Below, piece after piece: positions 52,498 through 62,017 of a stretch of 64,000 bases of DNA. Made by a program: the position numbers and the translations under genes. Location: contig CAVZVA010000009.1 of the NCBI GenBank assembly GCA_963778655.1, positions 544,001 through 608,000 of the forward strand, written 5' to 3'. Source of the DNA: an uncultured delta proteobacterium (GTDB lineage: Bacteria; Myxococcota_A; Polyangia; Polyangiales; JAFGIB01). The notes beneath the pieces are model-generated. The model worked only from the letters and a program-made list of their open reading frames with translations. It was not told the origin of the DNA and searched no databases. The stretch's first letter is position 1. Each line of letters opens with the position of its first letter.

Positions 52498-53100
52498 ATG
52501 CCGATGAACGCTACGAACACAGCAAACCGCATCATGGTCTGCGTCGACCTGTCCGAAACGGGGGACGATGCGCTGCGTGAGTCCATGCGCCTGGCGCGCG
52601 AGCGGCCCGGCAGCGAGCTACACGTCGTCCACGTGATACGCACGGACAAGAGTCTGCACAGCGCCAAGAAGCTGGATGCGCTTTCAGAGCAGTTCCGCGG
52701 GAAGCTGGACGAGCTTCGCAACCACGTGTCGAGCGTTTGCGCCCCATCGAGTGACGCGGATCCCTTTTCGCAGGAAGTCGTATTCCACCTGCGTCTGGGC
52801 GATCCGGCCGGGGCTATCCAGCAGACCGCAGTCGACGTGGATGCAGACCTGATCGTCGTCGGCACACGGGGGCGCACAGGGGTCGAGAGAATGGTCCTTG
52901 GCTCGGTCGCAGAATCGGTGATACGCACCGCGCACGCGCCGGTCGTGGTCGCACATCCCAAGGACTATTCGGGTCTAACGAAGACAGACCAGCTCGATCC
53001 GGCGCGGCCAGGCGAGCAGCTGCACGCGGCCGGCCTGGCATACCGCTCGAACGTCACCTTCACGCCGCGGGCCTTCACACATCAGAGCGGCCTGTACTGA
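52498..53100 (+). CDS. Universal stress protein
   Basis: IMVCVDLS..ADLIVVGTRGRTGVERMVLGSVAESVIR; GGAGG RBS. Confidence 0.93.
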   Translation: MPMNATNTANRIMVCVDLSETGDDALRESMRLARERPGSELHVVHVIRTDKSLHSAKKLDALSEQFRGKLDELRNHVSSVCAPSSDADPFSQEVVFHLRLGDPAGAIQQTAVDVDADLIVVGTRGRTGVERMVLGSVAESVIRTAHAPVVVAHPKDYSGLTKTDQLDPARPGEQLHAAGLAYRSNVTFTPRAFTHQSGLY

Positions 53101-53153
53101 ATCAGAGCTCGCGATTCGGGATCCTCCGCACCGCTAAATGACCGAGGGCCGGC

Positions 53154-54494
53154 TCAGCGTGGTGATCGAAGGCCGCCTTCGCCTTCCCAAGCAGCCAGAG
53201 CGTTTTCGTCCTGGGGTTGTTGCTCACGAGTCGGTTTGACCTCGCGGGAAATCATTCCGGGCTCCGCATGCATATCGCTGCGCGGCGTACCTCGCGGTGT
53301 GGTGCCGCGATTCGTTCTCGTGGCGCCCGGCTTCCAGGCGAGCTCCAGCCACCGTGTTATGTCGCGGCGGCGCAACATCCCGATCAGCCGACCGTCCACG
53401 ACCACCGGGAGCTGCCCCACGTCTTGCTGCGCGAGTCGCTCGAACGCGTTGACCAGCGGCTCTTCGGGCGCTGCCACAGAGAGTGTATCGCGTCCCCGCA
53501 TGATCGACCGGACCGGAATGCTCGCCCATTGTTCGGGAGGCACGCTTCGGACATCCGACATGGACACGAGACCGACGAACGCTGCGTCCTGCACGACCGG
53601 CAAGGCGCGGTCATCTCCAGGAATGAGGTGGTCGTGCACCAGGTCGGCCACCGAGAGCTCCGGGCTCACGATGGGACCATCGCGGTGCATGAGCTGCTCC
53701 ACGGTCATTCCCGCGAGCGCCTCGTCCAAGGCGAGCCGCGACGACGCCTGCGCCGCGGCACTGTGCAAGAACCAACCGATGAAGGCGAGCCAAATCCCGC
53801 TCCCGAGTCCCGTGCCGAAGAAGGGCAGGTGGACCCCAAAGGTCATAGCGATACCGCCGCCGATGAACAGCCAGCCGATCATCTGTCCCGTGGCTGATGC
53901 CCAGCGTGTCGCCGTGGAGAGCTCGCCGGTTATGCTCCAGAGGATCGATCTCAGGATGCGGCCGCCATCGAGCGGAAATCCTGGGACCAGATTGAAGATG
54001 CCGATCACGATGTTGATCGGGCCGAGCCAGACCAGCAACGTAGTCATGGGACCGAGCCGGGCGACCGCTGTCCAAGCGCCGCCCGCGTCCGTCATCGAGA
54101 TGGTCGTCACCGCGGATGCCAAAACGAGAAAGACAACGCCGAGCGCAATGCTCGTGATCGGTCCCACGATGGCGATGAAGAACTCGGATTTTGCCGAAGG
54201 CGGCTCGTGCTCGATGTTCGAGACGCCGCCGAATAGGAACAGCGTGATGCTTCGAACCTGCAGCCCATAGGTCTTCGCAACGACCGAGTGGGCCAGCTCA
54301 TGCAGAAGGATGCAGCCAAAGAATACCAGGGATGCGCTTGCCGCTATCGCAAACGTCTCCATCGAGGACCAGGCGGGATGCCAGTGCGAAAAGACGGCAA
54401 ACAGGTTCCACGTGAGAAGCACGAAAATGAGCACCCAGCTCCAGTCGACCCGGAGCTCGATCCCCAAGATTCGCCCGATTCGGAAGCCGTGCAT
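53154..54494 (-). CDS. Site-2 protease (M50) with tandem CBS domains
   Basis: HELAH, FNLVPGFPLDGG, CBS pair (LPVVQD..VGLVS; LPVVVDGRLIGML). Confidence 0.94.
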   Translation of the reverse strand: MHGFRIGRILGIELRVDWSWVLIFVLLTWNLFAVFSHWHPAWSSMETFAIAASASLVFFGCILLHELAHSVVAKTYGLQVRSITLFLFGGVSNIEHEPPSAKSEFFIAIVGPITSIALGVVFLVLASAVTTISMTDAGGAWTAVARLGPMTTLLVWLGPINIVIGIFNLVPGFPLDGGRILRSILWSITGELSTATRWASATGQMIGWLFIGGGIAMTFGVHLPFFGTGLGSGIWLAFIGWFLHSAAAQASSRLALDEALAGMTVEQLMHRDGPIVSPELSVADLVHDHLIPGDDRALPVVQDAAFVGLVSMSDVRSVPPEQWASIPVRSIMRGRDTLSVAAPEEPLVNAFERLAQQDVGQLPVVVDGRLIGMLRRRDITRWLELAWKPGATRTNRGTTPRGTPRSDMHAEPGMISREVKPTREQQPQDENALAAWEGEGGLRSPR

Positions 54495-55315
54495 AATTCA
54501 TTCCCTCCGTGGCGAAGGCGCCGGCGAATACGCAGCAGCGGCGATCGATCGCGCCATGTGACTCCAAGGTACATAAGCACGCTGTCCAGCTTCGCGAGTC
54601 CCACTACGGCGCCACGCCGCAGCCTGAACACTTTCGGACGCCAGCAGCGGACACGAACGCCCGCGAGACGAGGACCGGCGGCGGGAATCGAACAAGACGC
54701 CTACCGAGGGCACCCGTCCCCCGCTCGCAGTACCCTCGGCAGGCGTTTGCGCTTCAGGAACGCAGCTATTTGTGTGAAGGCCCCACTTTCCGCGGGGCGG
54801 GCGGCTTGGCCTCGGTCCCGATCGGCAGGTTCTTTGCAGAAGTTGGTGGCTGAACGATCGCCTTCAGTGAGCGATCCTTTTGGCTGTCGGTCTTCGGTTT
54901 GTCCGTGCGTTGCATGGCGCTCCAGTCGGCGGCCCCGAGAGGCACGCAGGACGCGTGCGTCATCCGGGCCTACGGGGGTCGATGCAAGACACGGTCCAAG
55001 TGGATCGAGCGCGATGAGCGGCCCCATGCAGTTCGAGTCCGAGAGGACGATGCCCTAAATGCCCCACACGACTCGCGCGCTCACAATTTCGACACACTAT
55101 GCGAGCCCCGACCGAAGATCCGCGCAGCGATGCGCTCTGCCTCCAGGTGGCCGTCTGGCGCGTCCGCTGGCCATGCGACCCTCAGCGTGGTAGGTGTCAG
55201 AGTCTGACGACCCCCGCCTTCGCTTCAGGACGCCCAACCGGTGAGCTACACCATGGCGCGAGCCTCATGAGGCGAGAGTGCTTCTCGACCGCGGCGAGCC
55301 GATGGGGACGGAACG

Positions 55316-55801
55316 GTGACCAGCGTGGCTGACGAATCCGATCCGCATCGCGCGCGCGTGACTGTCTGGATCGGAGGCGCGGCGAGAGACGCGACGCCGA
55401 CCCAGCTTCTTGCGCTGTTCGAACGCGCGATCGGCGCGATCTGGGGGCGTGCGCGGGTCACGCTCGGCGATGTCACGCTCACCGCCATTGTCGATCGCGT
55501 GCTCTACACCACGGCTGCGCGCTTCCCAGTGCTCGGAGTGCTGGCGGTGGAGGGGACGGGCGTACGCTTTGACGAGCTGAGGGCGCGGATCGACGACCTG
55601 GACACAGGCGAGCTCGTGCAGGGCATTCAGTTTGCGATGGTCGAGCTGCTGACCGTGCTCGGCCACCTCACGGCAGACATTCTGACCCCGGCGTTGCACT
55701 CGGAGCTCTCACGCGTGACGCTCGACGGCGCCGTCAATGGTGAGCTGCAGCAGCCAGTCCAGCTCGACGCTACGCACAAGAAGCTCGTGAGGAGAGCGTG
55801 A
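55316..55801 (+). CDS. Hypothetical helical protein, first gene of the KaiC-like operon
   Basis: 161 aa with coding-like GC3 bias; stop overlaps the ATPase GTG (GTGA, 55798-55801). Confidence 0.75.
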   Translation: MTSVADESDPHRARVTVWIGGAARDATPTQLLALFERAIGAIWGRARVTLGDVTLTAIVDRVLYTTAARFPVLGVLAVEGTGVRFDELRARIDDLDTGELVQGIQFAMVELLTVLGHLTADILTPALHSELSRVTLDGAVNGELQQPVQLDATHKKLVRRA

Positions 55802-58001
55802 AGAGAACGGCCAAGATTGCCCGCTTCGAGACCGGCGTGCGCAACCTCGATGCGCTCGTCCGGGGCGGTCTACCGCTCGGCTCGGTGTCCATCGTCGCGG
55901 GTCCTCCAGGCTCCGGCAAGACGATTCTCGCGCAGCAGAATCTGTTTTCACAACGCGACCTCGAAGCGCCGCGCCCTTTACTTCAGCACCCTGTCCGAAC
56001 CGACGGCCAAGACGCTTCGGTATTTGAAGCAATTCGACTTCTTCGATGCGGGCAAGCTCGAGGTTGCGGTGCAGTTCGTCGATCTCGGAGTCCTGTTGCG
56101 AACCCAGGGGCTCCAGGAGACCGGCGCGCTGATCATGGATCACATCAAGCGGCTCCAGCCGACGCTCGTCGTCGTCGACAGCTTCAAGGTCTTCGATGAC
56201 CTTGCGAGCTCCAGAGAGGAGCTGCGAAAATTCGGCTACGAGCTCGCTGTCAATCTCATGGCGTGGGAATGCACTGTGTTGTTACTGGGAGAGTACGGAC
56301 CAGGGGACATGGCTCGCAACCCGTTGTTTTCGATCGTCGACGGTCTCGTTCACGTCACGCAGCGGGAGGAGTCGGGCGAGCAGCAACGCTTTCTACAGGT
56401 GGTCAAGCTGCGTGGCACAGAGCACAGCCGTGAGCCCCACCCGTTCGTCATTGGCTCGAACGGAATCGACGTCTTCGCTCCCCGTATCACCATCCAACGC
56501 GAAGACCGGGGCTCGGAGGAGCCCCGCTGCAAGACCGGCATCGCCAAGCTCGATGATCTACTCGGCCAGGGCATTCCCCGCGGTTCGAGCCTGCTGATTG
56601 CCGGTGTGGCCGGAACCGGCAAGACCGTGCTGTTGCTGGAGTTTCTCTACCGCGGTGCGCAGCGCGGCGAAAAGGGCATCGTCTTTTCCTTCGAGGAGAC
56701 CGAGGAACGGTTGCGCGCTGCCGCGCGAGGGCTCGGTTGGGATCTGGACCGAGAAGTCGCGCGTGGGATGATCCAAATCGTATTCATCGCGCAACCCAAC
56801 ATCATGGTGGAGGGGCACCTACTGATGATGCGCGAGCGCATCGAAGCCATGGGGGCGAAGCGCGTCGCGGTCGACTCCATTTCGGTGTTTCTACACAAGG
56901 TCCACGATCCGCAGATCAGCCGCGAGAAGACCTTTCAGCTCGCCAGCATCATCCAGAATAGCCAAGCGGTGGGCCTTTTCGCCACGGACATACCGTACGG
57001 CTCAGGCAAGATCAGTCGCTTTGGCGTCGAGGAGACCGTGGTCGATGGCGTGGTGCTCCTGACCTCGAGCGAAGAGGGCTTTGAGCGCCAACGCTACATC
57101 GAGGTCTACAAGCTGCGAAATACCGCACATCTCAAGGGCAGACATCCCTTGACGATCGGTCCCGGTGGAATCGCCATCTTTCCCCGCTACGAACCCGAGA
57201 TCGAGGCCGAGGGCTTGCCGCCGACACGGGAAGCGGCGCGGAGGCTCCCCTCGGGCGTGGTCGGTCTGGACGACCTGCTCGGTGGAGGTCTGCTCGAAAG
57301 AAGCGTCACGCTTCTGTCAGGCCCATCCGGAATCGGCAAGACCACCGTGGCCACTCAAATTCATCATTGAAGGGGCCAGGCGCCGAGAGCGCGGATTGTT
57401 TGTCGCCTTCGAGGAGGGGCCCGGTCAGATCATGAAGGCGGCCGAGCAGCTCGGCATGCCGCTGAAGGCCTTCATGGACAAGGGACTGATCGAGATCGCG
57501 TATCTTTCGCGCGAGCATGTGCGAGCGAATCAGTTTGTTTCGATTCTCGCGGACAAGATCCAAGCGAGCGGGACGCGGCGGCTCTCGCTCGACAGCGTCA
57601 GCAGTGTGCTTACCGAAGGCCTCGTACCGGGAGAGGCACGGCGCCTGCTCCAGAGTCTCGTGACGCGTTTCAAGCTCCTGGGGTTGACGAGCATGCTGAC
57701 TCTCGAAGCGAGCTTGAGCTGCGAGCCCGAATTCCCGAGTCTTCGCGGCCTTTCGCCCCTTGCGGACAACGCGGTCCTGCTTCGATACGTCGAGGTCGCC
57801 GGTGGTTTGCGGCCCACGCTGACAGTACTCAAGACACGCGGTAGCGTTCATTCCTTTGACACGCACTACCTCTTGTTTGCCAAAGGCGGCGCACAAGTCG
57901 GGCCTGGGGTCGATGGTGAGGCCCCGCCGCTTCACTTCGGAAGGCCCCCCGCTCGCAAACGGCCATCCGAGAAGCGGACGAAGTCGAGGGGACGCCGGTG
58001 A
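55798..58001 (+). CDS. KaiC-like ATPase with three tandem RecA-fold domains; two apparent +1 insertions (about 55940 and 57358)
   Basis: Walker A GPPGSGKT, GVAGTGKT, GPSGIGKT; Walker B VVVDS, VAVDS, LSLDS; KLRG/KLRN/KTRG. Dropping one A at each site gives a single 733-aa ORF. Confidence 0.88.
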
Positions 58002-59776
58002 GCCTGCATGCCCGCCAGCAACTGCAGCATTTGGCCGAGATCGGCACGTTGCTGGCACGGTTCGAGTCCATCGACGGATCGCTGCCTGCGATCCTCTCAC
58101 TCATGACGCGCACGCTGCGTGTTCGCGGCGCTACTCTGATCTCCAACCGCAGCGGGCGAATCCTGGCCACCGGCTGGACCACGGAGGACACGAGCCCGAC
58201 GCGCTTGCGTCTCGACGAGGCGCACGCGCGCGTCGCATACGGCTATCTCACGGACGGCACCACCTCCGGGGCAAGGCCGGCGACTGGCCAGGCTCGTGCC
58301 AACGCGTCGTCGGCGTTGTCGGCTGCCGACCTTCGCGCCGGGATGGCGGAGACCGAGACACACGACTTCGTCGTGCTTCCGCTGGTGGTGCAAGGCGGCC
58401 GCGCTTTCGGCGTGTTTCAGGTCGAAGGCGACATGCGGTTCGACGAATCCGATTTGGTGTTCGTGAACGCGGTCGCCCTGCTGTTGGCGGTCGCGATCGA
58501 CCGGCAAGCGGTGCGCGCATCCAAAGACGCGATCATCAAGGCCATTCGGGTCCATGATGCCGAGCGGATCGCAGAGCTGCAGCGAAGTGAGCGCGCGCAG
58601 CACTTCCTGGCAGACGTGAGCTCAGTGCTCGCCGATTCATTGGAAGACTTGCGCGCCCTGACAAGCGTGGTCCGAGCCTCGGTTCCGTTCCTGGCCGATG
58701 TCTGTTTCGTCGACGAGATCTCCGAAAAGGGTACCGTCGTGCGGATCGACGCAAGCGGTGTCGGCGAACCGCTGGGGCTCACCGCGCCGAAACCGCGACG
58801 GCGGCCACAGGATGAGGTCCTCGCGACTGGCCTCCCGATCATGTTGCCCGGTCCTTCCGGCGCATCGGCCGACGGCGATGAAGAGCACGTGCGGTGCATG
58901 AACGAGGCCGGCTTCGAATCGATGATCGTGGTGCCTCTGATCGCGGGAGGTGAAACGCTCGGCGCGCTGACGTTGGCCGTCCGGAAACGGATGCGCCGGT
59001 ACGGTGACCACGACCTTGCCTTGGCGCAGGAGCTTGCCCGCAGGCTTGCGATGGCGCTCCACCGCGCCCGACTTCAGCGACAGATAGAGCGAGCGATTCA
59101 GGCACGCGACGATATTCTGGACGTGGTGTCCCACGATTTGCGAAGCCCCCTCAACACGCTGCGCGTGAGCGCGTCCTTGTTGAGCGAGGAATTGCCGGAG
59201 CACGGTTCCACGGCTACTAGCGCGAAGGCACTTGAGATGATCGGACGCTCGATCAACCGCATGGAACGGATGGTCGGAGATTTGCTCGACGCCGCGAGCA
59301 TCGAATCGGGACGACTTGCGGTCACCAAAGAAGATCAGCTTCTCCAGACCCTCATCGAAGAGGCAATCGAAGACGGCAAACCCGCTGCATCGAAGCGGGC
59401 GCTACGGCTCGAGGCGCATCTGCCGGAACAGGAGATGTGCATACCGTGCGATCGAGGGCGGATCGTGCAGGTTCTTTCCAACTTGATCAGCAACGCGATC
59501 AAGTTCACACCACGAGGTGGCTCGATCGTGGTGAGCGCCGAGTTGTACCAAGAAGAGGCGCGCGTAGCGGTCAACGACACCGGCGCCGGAATCGATCGAG
59601 CCGAGCTACCTTTCGTCTTTGACCGCTATTTTCGCGCCAAGACTGTGCGAGTCACGGGAACTGGTCTCGGGCTGTGCATCAGCAAGGGCATCATTGAAGG
59701 CCACGGTGGCGTGCTTTGGGCCGAAAGCGAGCCCGACAAGGGCAGCACGTTCTTCTTCACGCTCCCGCGGGGTTGA
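57998..59776 (+). CDS. Cytoplasmic sensor histidine kinase with two GAF-like domains
   Basis: VLPL..FGVF and VVPL..LGALTL GAF motifs; SHDLRSPL H-box; NLISNAIKFT, DTGAGI, GTGLGL; GTGA overlap with the ATPase. Confidence 0.93.
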   Translation: MSLHARQQLQHLAEIGTLLARFESIDGSLPAILSLMTRTLRVRGATLISNRSGRILATGWTTEDTSPTRLRLDEAHARVAYGYLTDGTTSGARPATGQARANASSALSAADLRAGMAETETHDFVVLPLVVQGGRAFGVFQVEGDMRFDESDLVFVNAVALLLAVAIDRQAVRASKDAIIKAIRVHDAERIAELQRSERAQHFLADVSSVLADSLEDLRALTSVVRASVPFLADVCFVDEISEKGTVVRIDASGVGEPLGLTAPKPRRRPQDEVLATGLPIMLPGPSGASADGDEEHVRCMNEAGFESMIVVPLIAGGETLGALTLAVRKRMRRYGDHDLALAQELARRLAMALHRARLQRQIERAIQARDDILDVVSHDLRSPLNTLRVSASLLSEELPEHGSTATSAKALEMIGRSINRMERMVGDLLDAASIESGRLAVTKEDQLLQTLIEEAIEDGKPAASKRALRLEAHLPEQEMCIPCDRGRIVQVLSNLISNAIKFTPRGGSIVVSAELYQEEARVAVNDTGAGIDRAELPFVFDRYFRAKTVRVTGTGLGLCISKGIIEGHGGVLWAESEPDKGSTFFFTLPRG

Positions 59777-59863
59777 CACTACCGCCGCAGGAGTCGCGCG
59801 ATGCCGGATGTCGGTAACGCACCAGGTTGCGTTGCGCTCTGCGAAGGCGCAGGGTGAGGGTAG

Positions 59864-60325
59864 GTGACTATGGAAACCATGAGACCGAGCGAGGTGTGCA
59901 AGCAGATTCTTCGGGAACACGGAGCAGTGCGTGAAGAGCTGGATGAGCTGTGGGCTGCGGCCGACCTGATATCGGCGGGAGGGGCGTCGGCGTCGATTCA
60001 TGCTCTGGAGTTCAGCCAGACGCTTCACGACGAGATCCTGGAGCACATCGGCGTCGAGGCTCGAATTCTCGCACCTGCGCTGCTCGACGCGGACGCCTGG
60101 GGGAACATCCATGTCGACCTGCTGCTGAGGCGACATGCGGCACGCCGTGTGGAGCTGAAGACCCTGCAGGGCTCGATGACGCGCTGGAAGGCACTGGCGT
60201 TTGCCGACGAGCTCAGACGATTCATTACCGGCCGAAGGGCTGGGATGCTCGAGCACGAGCACGAGCTCGTGAATGTCGTCCTGCTGCGTGACGACGTCGG
60301 AGGCATCGACGTCGCGGCAGGATAG
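59864..60325 (+). CDS. Hemerythrin/HHE-like domain protein
   Basis: ILREH..LEHIGVEARILAPAL..RRH..LEHEHEL helical His/Glu pattern, partly degenerate. Confidence 0.65.
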   Translation: MTMETMRPSEVCKQILREHGAVREELDELWAAADLISAGGASASIHALEFSQTLHDEILEHIGVEARILAPALLDADAWGNIHVDLLLRRHAARRVELKTLQGSMTRWKALAFADELRRFITGRRAGMLEHEHELVNVVLLRDDVGGIDVAAG

Positions 60326-60407
60326 AAGCTCCCCGGACCCGGCTCGCGAAGCGCACTTGAGGCCGCGAGCTCGCCTCCCGCGGCCAGCGTGAGAGGTCAA
60401 CGCTCGA

Positions 60408-61478
60408 TCAATCGCGTTGGGGCCGAAGCTGCTCCCGGCGGTGTCGCAGCAGCTCGCGTATTACAATCTGAATCGTGGCCGCCGCCGGGACTGCGGCAAT
60501 CGCGCCTGCGATGCCCACCAGGTCGCCCAACAAGAGCACGGACAGCAGCACGACCAGTGGATTCACGTGCACCGTTTGCTTGAACACCAGTGGCCCGATC
60601 AGATTGCCCTCGATCTGGCCGTAGACGAAGAAGTAGATCGCGCTCGCCAGTCCATGCCAGACGCCGCCGATCGAGGACAGCAACGAGATCAGGATCGCAG
60701 CGACTATCGGACCCGCATACGGCACCAGGCTCGCGATGCCGCTCACGATGCCCAGGGGCAGGAAGAACGGTACGCTGTTGATCGCCAGGAAACTCGTGGT
60801 CAGGGCGGCATTGATGCTGCAGACCACGAGCATGCCGCCCAAGTACCCGCCGAGCGACGAATAGATCTTAGCGAGCAGCGCGGCATAGGTCGCGCGTCGC
60901 TCGGGCAGGGCCTCGTCGAGCGCGGACTGAATCAAGGAAGCACCAAAGATCAGCATGAACACCGTCAGAAAGACCACCGTGATGACCCCGCCGATGAACG
61001 TCAGCATGCCGCCCACCGCCCAAAGCAGCGGCGATGCTGCCCCTCGCATAACCTCGACCAGCCGCCCTTCGGGGCTGCCAATCCATTGCGCCAAGCCGGT
61101 GCGCTCACTGAGCGAGGCGAAGACACGGGTTTGCTTGAGCGATGCGATCAACTCCGGAATCCGCTCGATGAGCTGCCGTGCCTGTGCAACCGCCGGAGGA
61201 ATGAGAAGGTAGAACAAGACCACGAGCAGGAGCATCGCAATGGAGACCACGATCGTAATCGCCAGCCAGCGCGAGGCGCGGCGCCGCCGCAGAAAGCTGA
61301 CTGGGTGATCGAGCGCCACAGCGAGCAGAACCGCGGCGAGAGTCATCACAACCACCAGCAGCGCGCGAAGCGTAGCTGCCACCAAAGCGACTACAATCAA
61401 CACGCCAAAGCAAATTGTGAATACCGTCTTCAGCGTGACCTGGGACGGTCGAATTTCCGGGTTCGGGTCTTGCCGCAT
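60408..61478 (-). CDS. AI-2E family transporter
   Basis: LAVALDHPV, LVPYAGP, QIEGNLIGP, GIAGAIAAVP. Confidence 0.92.
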   Translation of the reverse strand: MRQDPNPEIRPSQVTLKTVFTICFGVLIVVALVAATLRALLVVVMTLAAVLLAVALDHPVSFLRRRRASRWLAITIVVSIAMLLLVVLFYLLIPPAVAQARQLIERIPELIASLKQTRVFASLSERTGLAQWIGSPEGRLVEVMRGAASPLLWAVGGMLTFIGGVITVVFLTVFMLIFGASLIQSALDEALPERRATYAALLAKIYSSLGGYLGGMLVVCSINAALTTSFLAINSVPFFLPLGIVSGIASLVPYAGPIVAAILISLLSSIGGVWHGLASAIYFFVYGQIEGNLIGPLVFKQTVHVNPLVVLLSVLLLGDLVGIAGAIAAVPAAATIQIVIRELLRHRREQLRPQRD

Positions 61479-61624
61479 GTTTTCTCCTTCGGCGCCAACG
61501 TGCCTTCAGGCCCGACAAATAGCTACCGCCGTGACACTATCGCCTCGGCCGCGCCGCTTGGCGCCAAGTTGTCCCACTTTGGCGAGACACCAGACGCACC
61601 GAGCGAAACGTCGCCTGTACGCGG

Positions 61625-61640
61625 CGGCACGAACCTTGCG
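61625..61640 (+). promoter_or_regulatory. Sigma54-type -24/-12 element
   Basis: CGGCACGAACCTTGCG matches the GGCACG-N4-TTGC consensus with exact GG-N10-GC spacing. Confidence 0.6.
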
Positions 61641-61857
61641 TATTGGTTAGTCGATGTCGACGGTAGACGAATGCGTATCGCTCGTGCACGCCAAAAACGA
61701 GCTGGCGCCGGGTGGTGATGCCGAGCCGACCGCGCGCAGTGGGTGCTTTTCTCTTGTTGCTGTTTTCGAGGGTACGCGGCGCCGCCAATTCGGCGCGAAA
61801 GCCGTCCGGCGCGCGAGACCTCTCCAAAGAGTTGCCCGGCACCGGCGCTGTCGCCAC

Positions 61858-61950
61858 TCATCTTACGCGATGGGCGGATTCACCGGGGTGCTCCTCGTGG
61901 TTGCGATCGTCGGGGTGCTGGTGCGCGTCGTTCAGGGTCGCCGAGTCTGA
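61858..61950 (+). pseudogene. C-terminal half of an lmo0937-family small membrane protein
   Basis: SSYAMGGFTGVLLVVAIVGVLVRVVQGRRV-stop resembles the family C-terminus; the first TM helix is absent upstream. Confidence 0.55.
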
Positions 61951-62017
61951 TTGCGTCGCCTCTTGCCCGCTCGAAGCTGGCGGCGCGGATCATGCATAGA
62001 GACAGGGCACGCCTCCA

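Noticed and set aside
54500..55300. Small ORFs or ncRNA upstream of the KaiC-like operon
   Set aside because: No supportable coding signal or recognisable RNA structure beyond the short tRNA-like fragment already noted.
55798..58001. Bona fide circadian kaiC
   Set aside because: Three domains, no intact S-T phosphosite pair and no kaiA/kaiB nearby, so the gene symbol was withheld.
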